A stretch of 64,000 nt of DNA from Synechococcales cyanobacterium VAR_4_metabat_354 (GTDB lineage Bacteria; Cyanobacteriota; Cyanobacteriia; Cyanobacteriales; Chamaesiphonaceae), in contig JANOQI010000059.1 of the NCBI GenBank assembly GCA_031414775.1, positions 1-64,000 on the forward strand, given 5' to 3'. The position numbers and the translations under genes are program-made. The notes beneath the pieces are model-generated. The model was not told where the DNA came from. It saw only the letters and a list, made by a program, of their open reading frames with translations, and ran no database searches. Positions 22,315-32,907 of the stretch are shown piece after piece. The stretch's first letter is position 1; each line of letters opens with the position of its first letter.

Positions 22315-23931
22315 ATGTTGGGCATGAAAATAAAAAATCACGGATTGCAATGGTTGTTAACGGCAAGCCTCAGTCTAATTTATTGGCTGCATGGCGGTCT
22401 GGCGATGGCCAATGTTGGTCTGAGTGAAACAGCGCCGCCCGCAGTAATTAATCAGTTAGCAACGGCGGTCAGTGGATCGCCCCAAGTGAGTGTCTTGAGT
22501 CCGCGCCCGGATGAAGTTGTAAATACCAATAATGTCTTGGTGAATCTTCAGGTGCAGGGTGTGCCCATTTTTAAAAATGCTGCTTTGGGCTTGGGTCCCC
22601 ATTTGCATGTGTTGATCGATCGCACCTCCTACCAATCTGTCTATGATTTAGCTCAACCTTTGACCCTCAATAACCTGACTCCGGGGACTCATACCCTGCA
22701 AGTGTTGATAGCTAAACCCTGGCACGAGAGCTGGAAAAATCCGGGGGCTTTGGCTCAAGTTACTTTCCATGTTTTGGCCAAGTCTGCCGAAAATCCAGCG
22801 CCAACCGCGCCCACCTTGGTCTACAACGAACCGGATGCCACCTATGGAGCCGAACCGTTTCTGTTAGATTTTTATCTGGCCAATGCTCCCAGCCACCGGG
22901 ATGCTCAGCAGCATTTAGTGAATGATTGGCGAGTGCGGACAACGATCAACGACCAAAGTTTTGAGGTGGATCAAATGTCGCCTTTCTACCTAAAAGGCTT
23001 GAAACCCGGTGTCAACTTGGTAAAACTGGAATATCTTAATGCTCAAGGTCAGTCTACTGATAGCATCCTGCGGGTCGTGAACTATCAACCCAACGGCACC
23101 GATAGTTTATCGCGGCTGCTCCGCAATGAACTAGCGCTGAATGATGCCTTGGCACTCTTTAACCCTGCTAGTAGAAATGCGGTGGTAGCAATTGCCCCAG
23201 CTGCTCCGGCTGTCCCAAATCCCCAATGGGCTTGGCCACCAGCAATTCCGATCATTACACCACCGCCTACTGTTCCCCCGGTGGCAGTAGTTTCGCCAGC
23301 TCCTGTTGTTGCTGCTCCAGTTATCCTCACCCCAGCGCCAATTCCTGTGCCATCATCACCATCAGTACTTCCCAGTCCATCTTTGCTGCCGCCGGCAATT
23401 CCAGCCCCAGCAATAACTAGTTTAATTAATCCCAGCGTCAATTATCAAGTTAAACCTTTACCATTACCGATGCCTGTGCCTTCGATGCCGGCCGCCTTGC
23501 CATCAGCAGTTATTCCTTTGCCAGAAGCCCCTCGCGCAGCTGTGACTCCCTTAAATTTGCCAGTGGTAGAGCTACCCCCAGTAATTAAGCCCGATTTTCC
23601 GCAGGAAACGCTTCGCGATCGATCACCAATAGCTGTTGCTCCTGTTCTCCAAGCTCCAGCAAACCAAAAACCCCCAGCTGAGATTTCGGAAGCGATCGAT
23701 CGACTTAATCTGCCAACTTTCCAAACACCGCTGCTGGCTCCGAAAACGGGGGAAAGTGAGATTGAATTCAAAGTGTTAGCTAGAGAATTTCTGCACACTG
23801 TCTCAGTCAGAATCAAAAAGTTTACTAACTCAATTCCGCCCAAGGTGACGAAGTGGAGTAAAAATCTGGGTCATTGGATTGGAGATCGATCGCAAGCAAT
23901 GCAAGCCGGACAGAAAGACACCGGAACGTAA
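22315..23931 (+). CDS. Secreted hypothetical protein with long Pro-rich linker
   Basis: Signal-like N-terminus, LGPHLHV..D and PGTHTL...PWHES beta-sandwich motifs, Pro-rich middle. Confidence 0.7.
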   Translation: MLGMKIKNHGLQWLLTASLSLIYWLHGGLAMANVGLSETAPPAVINQLATAVSGSPQVSVLSPRPDEVVNTNNVLVNLQVQGVPIFKNAALGLGPHLHVLIDRTSYQSVYDLAQPLTLNNLTPGTHTLQVLIAKPWHESWKNPGALAQVTFHVLAKSAENPAPTAPTLVYNEPDATYGAEPFLLDFYLANAPSHRDAQQHLVNDWRVRTTINDQSFEVDQMSPFYLKGLKPGVNLVKLEYLNAQGQSTDSILRVVNYQPNGTDSLSRLLRNELALNDALALFNPASRNAVVAIAPAAPAVPNPQWAWPPAIPIITPPPTVPPVAVVSPAPVVAAPVILTPAPIPVPSSPSVLPSPSLLPPAIPAPAITSLINPSVNYQVKPLPLPMPVPSMPAALPSAVIPLPEAPRAAVTPLNLPVVELPPVIKPDFPQETLRDRSPIAVAPVLQAPANQKPPAEISEAIDRLNLPTFQTPLLAPKTGESEIEFKVLAREFLHTVSVRIKKFTNSIPPKVTKWSKNLGHWIGDRSQAMQAGQKDTGT

Positions 23932-23945
23932 ATCAGCAACGCCGT

Positions 23946-24422
23946 TTAATCCTTGAACAAAGACACCACTCGATGAGGACGCTTACCCCAATAGGTATCA
24001 GCCGCAAAACTGGCTTCTTTTACCCCAGTACTACTTTGAGAACCAATGAATTTTGAATCCTGCACATTAGTCAGAATGCCGACATGTGGTGACTGTCCGC
24101 GTACCGCCGGAAAAACCACTAAATCACCGGGTTTTGGTGATTTAGTGGGAAAAAAATCTGGATCTTCTGGGTATTCTTCAGCGCGACGATAACCATAATC
24201 CTCTACCACCTGGCTATAGACAGCATGTACAAAGTGAGAACAATCTACCCCCCCTTTACCTTTACCACCGTACTGATAGGGCGTGCCTTTCCAAGTCTGA
24301 GCCTCACTGACCACCATATTTAGATCTTGCGGGGTCAGGTCATTATTTTCATTGTCATTAGCTATAGCCGGGATGATGTAGCAGCAAGCCAATAGAGCAC
24401 CAAGCAGAATTTTCTTGTACAT
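23946..24422 (-). CDS. NlpC/P60 (C40) peptidase
   Basis: PYQYGG, DCS, PGDLVVF, HVGI; signal peptide from MYKKILL. Confidence 0.9.
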   Translation of the reverse strand: MYKKILLGALLACCYIIPAIANDNENNDLTPQDLNMVVSEAQTWKGTPYQYGGKGKGGVDCSHFVHAVYSQVVEDYGYRRAEEYPEDPDFFPTKSPKPGDLVVFPAVRGQSPHVGILTNVQDSKFIGSQSSTGVKEASFAADTYWGKRPHRVVSLFKD

Positions 24423-24509
24423 AAATATACTATTCCATTGAAAGGACAAAAATATGTATAAGAGCCGAGAGACGGGTGTTATTGGTCTGCTGTTCCTTGG
24501 TATTAATTT

Positions 24510-25964
24510 CTAATCAATATTGTTACCAATGACAGCCTGCAAAGTTTCCTGTCCTTTAGACTGAAATTCTTTGACATTGACCCGACCCAACAGCCCAATG
24601 GCCACTAGCATCACACTAGCTTGCATGGTGAAAACTAAACCATAGGCTAAAACTAAGCTGGGTGAAGTCGCTAAGTTATCGCCACTGGCCACAAAAATTT
24701 TCTTGCCAATATCTAAACCCGCACCCCCCAAAATAGTTGCTAATCCTTTTGCTAGTGCTTGAGAGAGTCCCCAGGCTCCAATAAAGGTGCCAGCCGTTTC
24801 TGGCAGTGTTAGATCCAACATCAGTGTCAAGGCTCCTGTGGTTACCATGCCCGAAAATAAGCCAAAAAGTACCAAGGCCATTTTCAAGAAAATAATTTTG
24901 TGGGTAAAACCGGCGACAATTACCCATAGCATCGAAGCTGCTACTAATGCGCAGCCCAGTTTGGTGCTGCGTTGTTTGCCGATTTTGGGAATTAGGACAA
25001 AGCCGGTTAGTAATAGCCCGATGAGAGTGCCGATCCCAAAAAAAGCATTGAGTTTGGCGGTCTCCCCGATCGACATCCCAAAGACTTGGCCGCCATAGGT
25101 TTCCATCACTGGATCTTGCATGAATAATCCCAGGGTCATGCAAATTAAAAAGGTGAAAAATACTGTGGTTTGGCGATTGTTGTTGAGAACTTGCCAAGCT
25201 TGCCGTAACCCCACCGGAGATTCCCCTAGGAACTGGGCACGGCGTTGGCTAAAGCGCGAATATTTTTTCTCTACTTGCCAGGTGGCTATTAAGGCCAAGA
25301 CGCAGACAGCTGGCGGCACAATCATAAATAGTTGATTGATCTGGGTTTGAACTAGTTCGATCGATGCTCCCGCTTTTAACTTTTCGAGAATTTTACTGAT
25401 GGTAATGGCGCCGATGATTACACCACCTAGCAACATTGACCAATCGATCGATACAATTTTTGATCGATCGTCTTCATCGGTAATATCAACCAGTAATGTG
25501 GCAAAGGGCGTGGAACTGGCACTGACTGCCAAGCCGTAAATCGCAAACAAAATGGCCAGCAACACTGTCCAGCCATAGGTTGCTGCTGACCAACTGCTGG
25601 TAGCGAGGCTATCACCCAGTCGCCACATCACCTGGACGGCCACCATCGAAGTTAGCGCCAAGCAAGCTGCTCCCAGCCAGATGTAACCAGTGCGGTGATA
25701 ACCAAACAACGGGTGGCTGTCTGATCTTTGGCCAAACCACACCCGGGCGGGGGCAACAAAAAACGTTAAAGCGAGCATCAGGGTGGCAATTACTGCTGGT
25801 ACCTTTAACTCTTGAATGAGAACTCGATTCAGTACGCCCAAGGTCATGACCGACATGGTACCCAAGGCAATCTGAAATAGCCCCAGTCGCATCATGGTGA
25901 AGATCGATACTTTGGGTAGATAATCGGCCGGTAGTCGATCAGTTGCTAAGTTGCCGCTAGCCAT
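24510..25964 (-). CDS. PucC/BCD family MFS transporter
   Basis: RLGLFQ, LNRV.I.EL, GQRSD, multiple TMs. Confidence 0.88.
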   Translation of the reverse strand: MASGNLATDRLPADYLPKVSIFTMMRLGLFQIALGTMSVMTLGVLNRVLIQELKVPAVIATLMLALTFFVAPARVWFGQRSDSHPLFGYHRTGYIWLGAACLALTSMVAVQVMWRLGDSLATSSWSAATYGWTVLLAILFAIYGLAVSASSTPFATLLVDITDEDDRSKIVSIDWSMLLGGVIIGAITISKILEKLKAGASIELVQTQINQLFMIVPPAVCVLALIATWQVEKKYSRFSQRRAQFLGESPVGLRQAWQVLNNNRQTTVFFTFLICMTLGLFMQDPVMETYGGQVFGMSIGETAKLNAFFGIGTLIGLLLTGFVLIPKIGKQRSTKLGCALVAASMLWVIVAGFTHKIIFLKMALVLFGLFSGMVTTGALTLMLDLTLPETAGTFIGAWGLSQALAKGLATILGGAGLDIGKKIFVASGDNLATSPSLVLAYGLVFTMQASVMLVAIGLLGRVNVKEFQSKGQETLQAVIGNNID

Positions 25965-26027
25965 TTTATAAAGTTATTTAAAGTTGAAAGGGATTTTCCG
26001 AGCTAGCTACTCAGTATAGGCAACTAA

Positions 26028-26930
26028 TTAGGAATTGAGGATCTGTGCTCCTTGGAGATCGATCGAGAGGGCTTGCACTTGCGGCTGAACTCCTAAATTT
26101 GTCCAGGCGGTGGTCATGGCGGCAGCCACGGCTGCTGACCTGTCGGGTGTAGACAAAGCCAGTAGCGTGGGGCCAGCGCCGCTAATTACTAAGCCGTGGG
26201 CACCAGCACTGGTGGCAGCCTGCTCGACCTCGGCATAACCCTTAATCAAAGTCTGGCGATAGGGCTGATGAATGCGATCGGCTAAACCGGTGGCCAGCCA
26301 GTCAGCGTTGCCGGTTTCTAAGCCACGTAGCATCATCCCCAGGTGGGCAATATTAAAAACTGCATCAGCGCGACTGTAGCTGCTGGGCAATACCTGACGA
26401 GCTTCAGCAGTCGAAAGTTCAAAGTTGGGAATGGCGATCACTGGAATTACATCGGAATGCCAATCAATATCGCAGATTTCCCAGGCTGATCCCCGAGTAG
26501 CCGCCAACCGACAACCACCGATGAGGGCTGGTACCACATTATCGGGGTGGCCTTCCATTTCGATCGCTAGCTGCATGACCATGCCTAGACTACAGGGTGA
26601 ACCCACCAAAGCATTCGCCCCCAGCAGTCCGCCGACGATGGCAGTGGCCGAGCTACCTAAGCCTCGGGCTAGCGGTACTCCCAACTCCAGTTCGATTTTA
26701 ACCGGGGGGACGGGTTTTTGGAGATGTTCAAAAAGTTGGGCAAAGGCTTGATAGGCCAAATTAGAGCTGCCTAAGTCCACTCGATCAGACTCGGCTCCAG
26801 TGGCTTCGATCGTCAGTGTGTCAGCCGGACTAAACTTAAATTGGTTATAAAGACTGAGAGCAGCTCCGATACAGTCAAAACCAGCCCCCAAATTAGCAGT
26901 GGTGGCTGGTACCCGCACAATAACAGACAT
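26028..26930 (-). CDS. thrB: Homoserine kinase
   Basis: [34 protein letters not shown]. Confidence 0.96.
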   Translation of the reverse strand: MSVIVRVPATTANLGAGFDCIGAALSLYNQFKFSPADTLTIEATGAESDRVDLGSSNLAYQAFAQLFEHLQKPVPPVKIELELGVPLARGLGSSATAIVGGLLGANALVGSPCSLGMVMQLAIEMEGHPDNVVPALIGGCRLAATRGSAWEICDIDWHSDVIPVIAIPNFELSTAEARQVLPSSYSRADAVFNIAHLGMMLRGLETGNADWLATGLADRIHQPYRQTLIKGYAEVEQAATSAGAHGLVISGAGPTLLALSTPDRSAAVAAAMTTAWTNLGVQPQVQALSIDLQGAQILNS

Positions 26931-26949
26931 AGGATTTCACATCTAAAAA

Positions 26950-27840
26950 TTAATCACCGGGTGACTTCTTGTGATGAAGTCTAATCCCCAGAAAAATATC
27001 ATAGATGAAATGCATCATATCTTTGCCTTTCAGTAAGCCCAAAGATTGATGACAGCCTTTCTCGTCTAGCAGTGGCTGGGCGTAATAGTAAGCTGCTTGA
27101 TACTTGTACCAAGGAATAGATGGCCAGAGGTGATGAATCAGGTGGTAATTTTGACCGAAAATCAAAATATTAGTAATCGGACTGGGATACACCCGGGCAT
27201 TTTTCCAGCGACTGCGTTCCTCAAAAGGACGATGGGGCAGATAATCAAAAAATAGACCGAGGGCAATGCCTACTACTAAAGCTGGTGAAAACCAGTAATT
27301 CAAAATATAGCCAATAAAACCATACTGACAGGCGAGGGCAATAATTACAGCGACGACTAATCGGCTTAGAAACCATTCCAATAGCTCATTTTTTTTCCAA
27401 AGGCGGCGTTGAAAAAAGTAGATCTCGTGATAAAAAAAGCGAGCTGCAATCATCCACAACGGCCCACCAGTAGAGACGTAATGGTCAGGATCATTCTCCG
27501 GATCGTTGACGTTAGCGTGATGCTGAATGTGCACGCGGGTGAAGACGGGGAAAGCAAAACCCAACATTAGGGCACTGCCGTGTCCCATGATCGAGTTCAT
27601 GATTTTGTCTGGATGCGCGGCATTGTGCGAGGCATCATGGATCACTGTACCAGCCATGTGTAAGGCTAAAACGTTTAAGAAAAAACAGATCCAACCCGGA
27701 AAAGCCAGTTGCCAATAGCCGACAGTGGACAAGATGACTAGTCCGATCGCTGCAAAAAACATCAATACATTGATATTAAAACTATCTGGTGGCCCCACGA
27801 ATTCCTTGGGTATGGTTAGCCGCTGTGTGGCCTCCGACAT
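26950..27840 (-). CDS. crtR: Beta-carotene hydroxylase
   Basis: His boxes HDASH, H.QHH, H.IHH; DPENDPDH. Confidence 0.9.
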   Translation of the reverse strand: MSEATQRLTIPKEFVGPPDSFNINVLMFFAAIGLVILSTVGYWQLAFPGWICFFLNVLALHMAGTVIHDASHNAAHPDKIMNSIMGHGSALMLGFAFPVFTRVHIQHHANVNDPENDPDHYVSTGGPLWMIAARFFYHEIYFFQRRLWKKNELLEWFLSRLVVAVIIALACQYGFIGYILNYWFSPALVVGIALGLFFDYLPHRPFEERSRWKNARVYPSPITNILIFGQNYHLIHHLWPSIPWYKYQAAYYYAQPLLDEKGCHQSLGLLKGKDMMHFIYDIFLGIRLHHKKSPGD

Positions 27841-28108
27841 CCGGTGTTATCCCCTATATGAATTTTTAATAAATCTATATCTTTTTTTCGAGTATACGCG
27901 AAATGAGCAGGTTTACAAAGGTTTGTTAAGCTGTCTTTGCTCTGAATCTCTGAATTAATATAAGCCCAATATGTATTGCGAAAACCAAAAAATAGTGCTA
28001 CAAGTCAGCTTCTAATCTTCTGGAAACTTTTTGGCTAAATGTCCAGTCCTTAGTGTCTAGGCCATTAATTCTAAGTTTTCCCATTAGCCATTTGGCTTAA
28101 CCAAAATC

Positions 28109-28840
28109 ATGAGAAATTTGTCAGTAGCATTTTTTAGTCTGACGCTCACACTAATAGTGGGGACAAATGCAGCTTGGAGTGAGTCCAGAATTGAAAGAGA
28201 CAATCACACTGGTAGCTCTCCCTCCTCGTCACCCTATCCCTCTTCCGATCGAACATCTGCGGCAATCGCTAATGGCAATTCTCGGTTTGCCTGCGAGACT
28301 ATAAATGGCGAGCAAACCGTAGTCTATCGTCCCCAGTCGAGAGCCGGTGAAGCTTATTCTTGGGCAATTCCTGGCAACATGGGTTCAGCCTGGAGTTCCA
28401 CCCGCCGCTGTGGCGAGATTAGTAGAAGGTTAGAGTCCTATCGATCGGATGGTCTGGAAGAACTGAGAATTAGCGTTGAAAACCGTTCGAATATCGTTTG
28501 TGTCACCACCGAAAGAAATCCTAATTGTCGGATTGTCTTTACGGTGCCCGGCGGTCAAGATCCAGTTGCTGTAAGGGATCGAGTTTTTCGGAATCTGACT
28601 TTGGCGGACAGTGGCCAACAGACCCAAGGCGTTAATACTTTTGCTGGCAATGACAATGGGCTAGATGGATTACTGGGTAAGCGACCAGCAGCACCGGCTA
28701 GCTATCGCTCACGCAGTAAGTCTCAAGGAATTAATTTGAAGCCATTCCTATCCCAAGAAGATGGGGGCACTGGCAACCAGATTGGTAATCCAGTGGCCGT
28801 GCCCCAGCAGTATCGGTTAAACCCCGATCAATTTCGATAG
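28109..28840 (+). CDS. COP23-domain secreted protein
   Basis: Signal peptide, RF.C, W....RC.EIS.R, N.VC, FTVP.G.DP. Confidence 0.75.
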   Translation: MRNLSVAFFSLTLTLIVGTNAAWSESRIERDNHTGSSPSSSPYPSSDRTSAAIANGNSRFACETINGEQTVVYRPQSRAGEAYSWAIPGNMGSAWSSTRRCGEISRRLESYRSDGLEELRISVENRSNIVCVTTERNPNCRIVFTVPGGQDPVAVRDRVFRNLTLADSGQQTQGVNTFAGNDNGLDGLLGKRPAAPASYRSRSKSQGINLKPFLSQEDGGTGNQIGNPVAVPQQYRLNPDQFR

Positions 28841-28864
28841 ATTCATGAATTAAATTCATGAGAG

Positions 28865-28913
28865 TGGGTAAGCAGGGACTCGAACCCTGAACCAATTGAT
28901 TAAGAGTCAACTG
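28865..28913 (-). repeat. att site: duplicated 3' 49 nt of tRNA-Lys
   Basis: tgggtaagcagggactcgaaccctgaaccaattgattaagagtcaactg, identical to 44945-44993; flanks differ. Confidence 0.97.
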
Positions 28914-29198
28914 GTTAAAACGTCCAGGCGTGATACTGTGCCATGATTTGGAAAAATAAGGATAGGCGATAAGTGGGATTTATCAAACTTAAAGCATCGT
29001 TTTAGCGGGAAAAATATATATATAGAGGAAGGTTACTGAAAACGCTCCCTTTTCGCTTTTTGCTCCCTAAAAGTGCTGGAAGCTTTATCCAGTAACGAAA
29101 AAAAAGCTAGGGCGTTACTCCCTAACCTAAAATTAGTTTCCCCTGGCTCCCTGAATCACATGCCGAGGAAAAAATCCAGTTAAATTTGTTGATCAGTT

Positions 29199-30332
29199 TT
29201 AGCCCGGTTTCACGCTGCTAATTCGATCGATGTCTAAATACTTGCGCTCGATCATCTGGATCGAGTTGTCTACCCACTTAGCAATAATGGCGGCGGGTTT
29301 GCCCAGGGCGATTTCATTAGTGATAAAAGTGTCACGGCAAGAATAAGGCGTGGTGCTACGTTTGGCGATCGGAAGCACCAGGCGCGCCCACGGTTTATGG
29401 GCTAGGTGTTCATAGTCGATGTAGCCACCAGCTGGCGGCTGGAAAACTAAATCATCGGCGGCGCTGGCTTTCAGCTCGGTCAGCAGGGCCACAAGTGGAC
29501 CACCACAAGGAAACAGGCGCGATCGATTGGTCTTGGAGAGTTGATTGATTTCATATTTGGCTTGCACCTTGACCACGGACCGATCAAACCGGATGGTACT
29601 AAAATCGGGGGCGATCTGCGGCCAGGTTAAGCCCACCGCTTCGGACGGGCGGCAACCAGTCAAAAATAGGAAATGCACAAAAGGAGCGTAATAACTCCAC
29701 CGATCGCAGTGAGTAAAAGTGTGTAGTATTTGGGTGACTTCTGTTGCAGAGAAAGCGTTAGCCGGTGGCGGTGGCTGTTTTTTGCCCTGTAAATCAGCCC
29801 CCATCCGTTCATAGGGGTTGCGCTGCTCTGGGATGAGTCGGCACCGGATCGCCCAAGTTAGGACGGTTTGCAGGGTTTTGAGTACCCGCACAGCAATATC
29901 ACGGGTAGTGTTGGTTAATAACCATTCCCGAATAGCTAAGGGCTGCTCCCATTCTTGGGGCATTTTGGCCACATAGATCCCTAGCCGCCGATAGTAGTCG
30001 ATCGTCTTAATTTTCCAGCTGGGGTGTTTATACTGACAGTACTTTTCCCACAATTCTGAAATGGTGATTTTGACCGGTGCCGGTGCCGCCATGGAAACCG
30101 ACTGGGGTTTATATCTGGCCAGAGAGCGATCGAACTGCCCTAGGGCATAATCTGAGTTAATTTGATTGGCAATATTGGCCGCAAAAGCCATGTTAGCCGC
30201 GCTTTCGGGTAAGCCCAGCGAGATATTTTTAAGTTTTCCTTCGTACCAATTGCGGGGCAAACGGATTAGAACCCGGCCACGACAGGATCGAGCCTCAGCA
30301 ATTCCCGCATTTCGACGCACTAGATCCCCCAA
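29199..30332 (-). CDS. Tyrosine integrase with N-terminal arm-binding domain
   Basis: TGCRPSE, PYSCRDTF, KWVDNS...RKY; adjacent to att; TTG start uncertain. Confidence 0.92.
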   Translation of the reverse strand: MGDLVRRNAGIAEARSCRGRVLIRLPRNWYEGKLKNISLGLPESAANMAFAANIANQINSDYALGQFDRSLARYKPQSVSMAAPAPVKITISELWEKYCQYKHPSWKIKTIDYYRRLGIYVAKMPQEWEQPLAIREWLLTNTTRDIAVRVLKTLQTVLTWAIRCRLIPEQRNPYERMGADLQGKKQPPPPANAFSATEVTQILHTFTHCDRWSYYAPFVHFLFLTGCRPSEAVGLTWPQIAPDFSTIRFDRSVVKVQAKYEINQLSKTNRSRLFPCGGPLVALLTELKASAADDLVFQPPAGGYIDYEHLAHKPWARLVLPIAKRSTTPYSCRDTFITNEIALGKPAAIIAKWVDNSIQMIERKYLDIDRISSVKPG

Positions 30333-32734
30333 AGTGGTTCATGTCTAGCATTTTGGCCATGTAATTTGGCTAGGTTTTCGGCGGTGGCATTAGATAGGGA
30401 TATTCGCGACAGGGGCAAGCCTTCTTTGACCCTAATAATGTCGAAACCAGCGCTCTCTAAGAAACTTTCCCACAGGGGCACTAATTCCGGTACGGTATAA
30501 ACTCTCAATACTGGTAGCTTTCCAGCTTCTTCGCGCAATTCAAAGCGGGGCTGATTGCGGTCCTTCACATTGGGAGTTGAAATCACTGGGTTGTCGGTAT
30601 CAGTCGATCGCTGAATGCCCAGATTAGCCAAAATACTTTCATCATTCAGCACTGGAATGACCCACCACTTAAAGCCCATCGTCTTAGTAGTTTGCCAGCA
30701 GCCCAAATATTCCAGCTTTTTGCTGAATTCCCGCTGCTGCATATGATGCCGCCCACTTTCCTTACACCAGTCGAAATAAGACTTGTAGAGGTCTGAGGGC
30801 TTGATTTTGGCCTCGCCGTCGGGAAAGACTTCATATAAAAATGTGAAAACTGGGTTGTTAGCTTCAAAGCGCTCGGTACAAGCTTCAGCGACGGCTTTAA
30901 CATTGGCGGCGTTTTTGATACGGGAAATCATTTCTGACTCGCCCATGCTCCAAATCCAGTTAAAGATCCCGGCTAGTTCTCCGTTGAGTTTTTCTTGCAG
31001 GTCTAAATCTTTAACCTTGGGCTGGTAGCCGAACCGCATGGCCACAATTCGCCGATCGAGAGCGCTGTTATTGCCGCCAGTAGTAGAAACAAAATCGTTG
31101 TAGGCCCGAACAAAGAAGGTGTTTAGGCTGGTAAAAATCATGTTTTGGTAAAGCAGTTTTAGCCCAACTGGCTCATTACTGATCAACTTTCCGAATAATC
31201 CAACGTTGGATAAGTGCCCAGAATCATCAGACGAGATGGAACAGGGCTTATCTTTGAGCTGAGATAAATAATTGGGATTCGTTAAATTTTCGGTCTCAAA
31301 AGTCCCGGCGTTATCTCTGCCCAGCAAATTCCGCAGGGTTTCGAGTACCGTTCCTTTACCCGTGCCCGGTTTGCCGTATAAATCCCAGCAAATCTCAAGT
31401 TTCAATTTCCCCTCAGATTTGGGAGTCATTGCCCATTTAAAGAAGGCCCGCACCAGTTGGACGGCTTGATCGTCATCTCCGAGCGCCTGGGCAATAAATC
31501 TATCCCAGATCGGACATTTGGCCCCTGGCTGATAATCGTAGGACAGGACGCGGGTATTGTAATCGGCGGGGCTGAAGTCTCGGAACTCTTTGCTGATGCC
31601 TTCTAAAACGCCATTTTGGAAAGGAATCAGGTTCGATCGATTCCACACATCATCCTCAATCAACAGCTCGGCTTTCATATGGCGGGTCAGGCCGTTTAAA
31701 AATGCCATATTTTGATTTTTCCAGCCGTTAGCATCACCCAGCTTAATCAAGTCTTTATCTAAATACGTGGTTTGGCCATCATCTCGACTCGCCCATTTTT
31801 TGCCGTCCCACTTGTACCAGCCGTAACTTGGACGATATGCCCAGCGGCCAGTCATGGCGGCTTGCGCCATCACTGCTTTAGATTTAAGGTCATTATCTTT
31901 TGGTAAGTTCAAAATGCTGCCGTCTCCCTTTGTTTTTGACCAGCGTAGAGCCGCCCATGCTTTGCTGATGATGTTATCGATCGCCTGTTTGCCGTGTCTA
32001 AATATCAGGTCGTCAGCGCCGTTTTTTTCCCCGGTGATTTCAGCGGGGAGTAGACAGATTAACGGCTCGCACTCTTTTTCTAGCAGCCATTCAGCCAAAC
32101 TTTTGGCCGCTTGCTGCACCATAAAATTGTGGGTCAGGTCGGAGTCGAAGCAAATGATATATTTTCGGCTGCCCAGGAGTTCGATGATTTCGGTGAGTTC
32201 GGGGACGGGTAGAGAGAGCGGCAATTCTTCGGGTGTTAGCTCGGTGTCTTCCACCATCGGAGCCGGTAAATCTGACGGGTCATCGATGCGTGTTCGTTTG
32301 TCCCGCCAGGCGTAAACCCCGGCCAGTCCGATCGCTGGGTGGCCAGCAGCACAAAGCGCGGCGGCGGTCTTTTCACCTTCGGTAACAATGACAGGCTGCT
32401 TTTTCTTGGATCTGATAAATTTTGGCCAGTCGAAATTCTGGGGAAAATAAGGCCGATTGCCCACGCCTTTAGCGCTGAGGTATTTGGGGTAGTCGGTTTC
32501 TTCGGGGTCGCCGATGGGTGTTGGTTTGAGGCGGTGGAAGTGGGAGCCGTCCAAGCCGATGTAGGGAACGCCGAACGGGTCGAAGTAGGGGATTAGCATC
32601 CCTTCTAGGCTGTAGCCGGTGAGGCGTTTGGCGGTGGGAGCGTTGCAACTGAAAATCTTGAGCGCTGAGATGTCATCATCTGTTAAGGCTGAGGCGCGCA
32701 ATTCGACTAGATGAGCGGTAGAGATTTCATTCAT
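30320..32734 (-). CDS. Primase-helicase (DUF3854/Toprim-like + D5/P4-family SF3 helicase)
   Basis: VTEGEK, FDSD, NGADD Toprim motifs; FQNG; GKPGTGKG Walker A; ALDRR arginine finger; C-terminal wHTH. Confidence 0.9.
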   Translation of the reverse strand: MNEISTAHLVELRASALTDDDISALKIFSCNAPTAKRLTGYSLEGMLIPYFDPFGVPYIGLDGSHFHRLKPTPIGDPEETDYPKYLSAKGVGNRPYFPQNFDWPKFIRSKKKQPVIVTEGEKTAAALCAAGHPAIGLAGVYAWRDKRTRIDDPSDLPAPMVEDTELTPEELPLSLPVPELTEIIELLGSRKYIICFDSDLTHNFMVQQAAKSLAEWLLEKECEPLICLLPAEITGEKNGADDLIFRHGKQAIDNIISKAWAALRWSKTKGDGSILNLPKDNDLKSKAVMAQAAMTGRWAYRPSYGWYKWDGKKWASRDDGQTTYLDKDLIKLGDANGWKNQNMAFLNGLTRHMKAELLIEDDVWNRSNLIPFQNGVLEGISKEFRDFSPADYNTRVLSYDYQPGAKCPIWDRFIAQALGDDDQAVQLVRAFFKWAMTPKSEGKLKLEICWDLYGKPGTGKGTVLETLRNLLGRDNAGTFETENLTNPNYLSQLKDKPCSISSDDSGHLSNVGLFGKLISNEPVGLKLLYQNMIFTSLNTFFVRAYNDFVSTTGGNNSALDRRIVAMRFGYQPKVKDLDLQEKLNGELAGIFNWIWSMGESEMISRIKNAANVKAVAEACTERFEANNPVFTFLYEVFPDGEAKIKPSDLYKSYFDWCKESGRHHMQQREFSKKLEYLGCWQTTKTMGFKWWVIPVLNDESILANLGIQRSTDTDNPVISTPNVKDRNQPRFELREEAGKLPVLRVYTVPELVPLWESFLESAGFDIIRVKEGLPLSRISLSNATAENLAKLHGQNARHEPLWGI

Positions 32735-32794
32735 GTTTCATGACAACTCGTTAACTTGAAATTGAGCGTTTTGGCCAATTTCGTAAGGTGGGTT

Positions 32795-32895
32795 TTCGAG
32801 CTACCGTAATGATGATTAGTGTTGGAGAACTCTGATCTTTGGTTCTGTTTCATTACGGTAGATTTTCATTACGGTAGCTCGAACGGTAGCTCGAA
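32795..32895. repeat. Cluster of ACGGTAG-core direct and inverted repeats
   Basis: ttcgagctaccgtaatga (32795-32812) inverted at 32866-32883; partial copies at 32850-32861 and 32883-32895. Confidence 0.8.
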
Positions 32896-32907
32896 TTTGA
32901 AATGAGG

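Noticed and set aside
23180..23680. Pro-rich stretch as a repeat element
   Set aside because: Low-complexity protein linker with no DNA-level tandem repeat unit
28865..28913. Second tRNA-Lys gene
   Set aside because: Only the 3' 49 nt are present; the D-arm and 5' acceptor strand are missing, so it is an att duplication
32795..32895. CRISPR mini-array
   Set aside because: Repeats are short, irregularly spaced and partly inverted, with no unique spacers and no cas genes in the window
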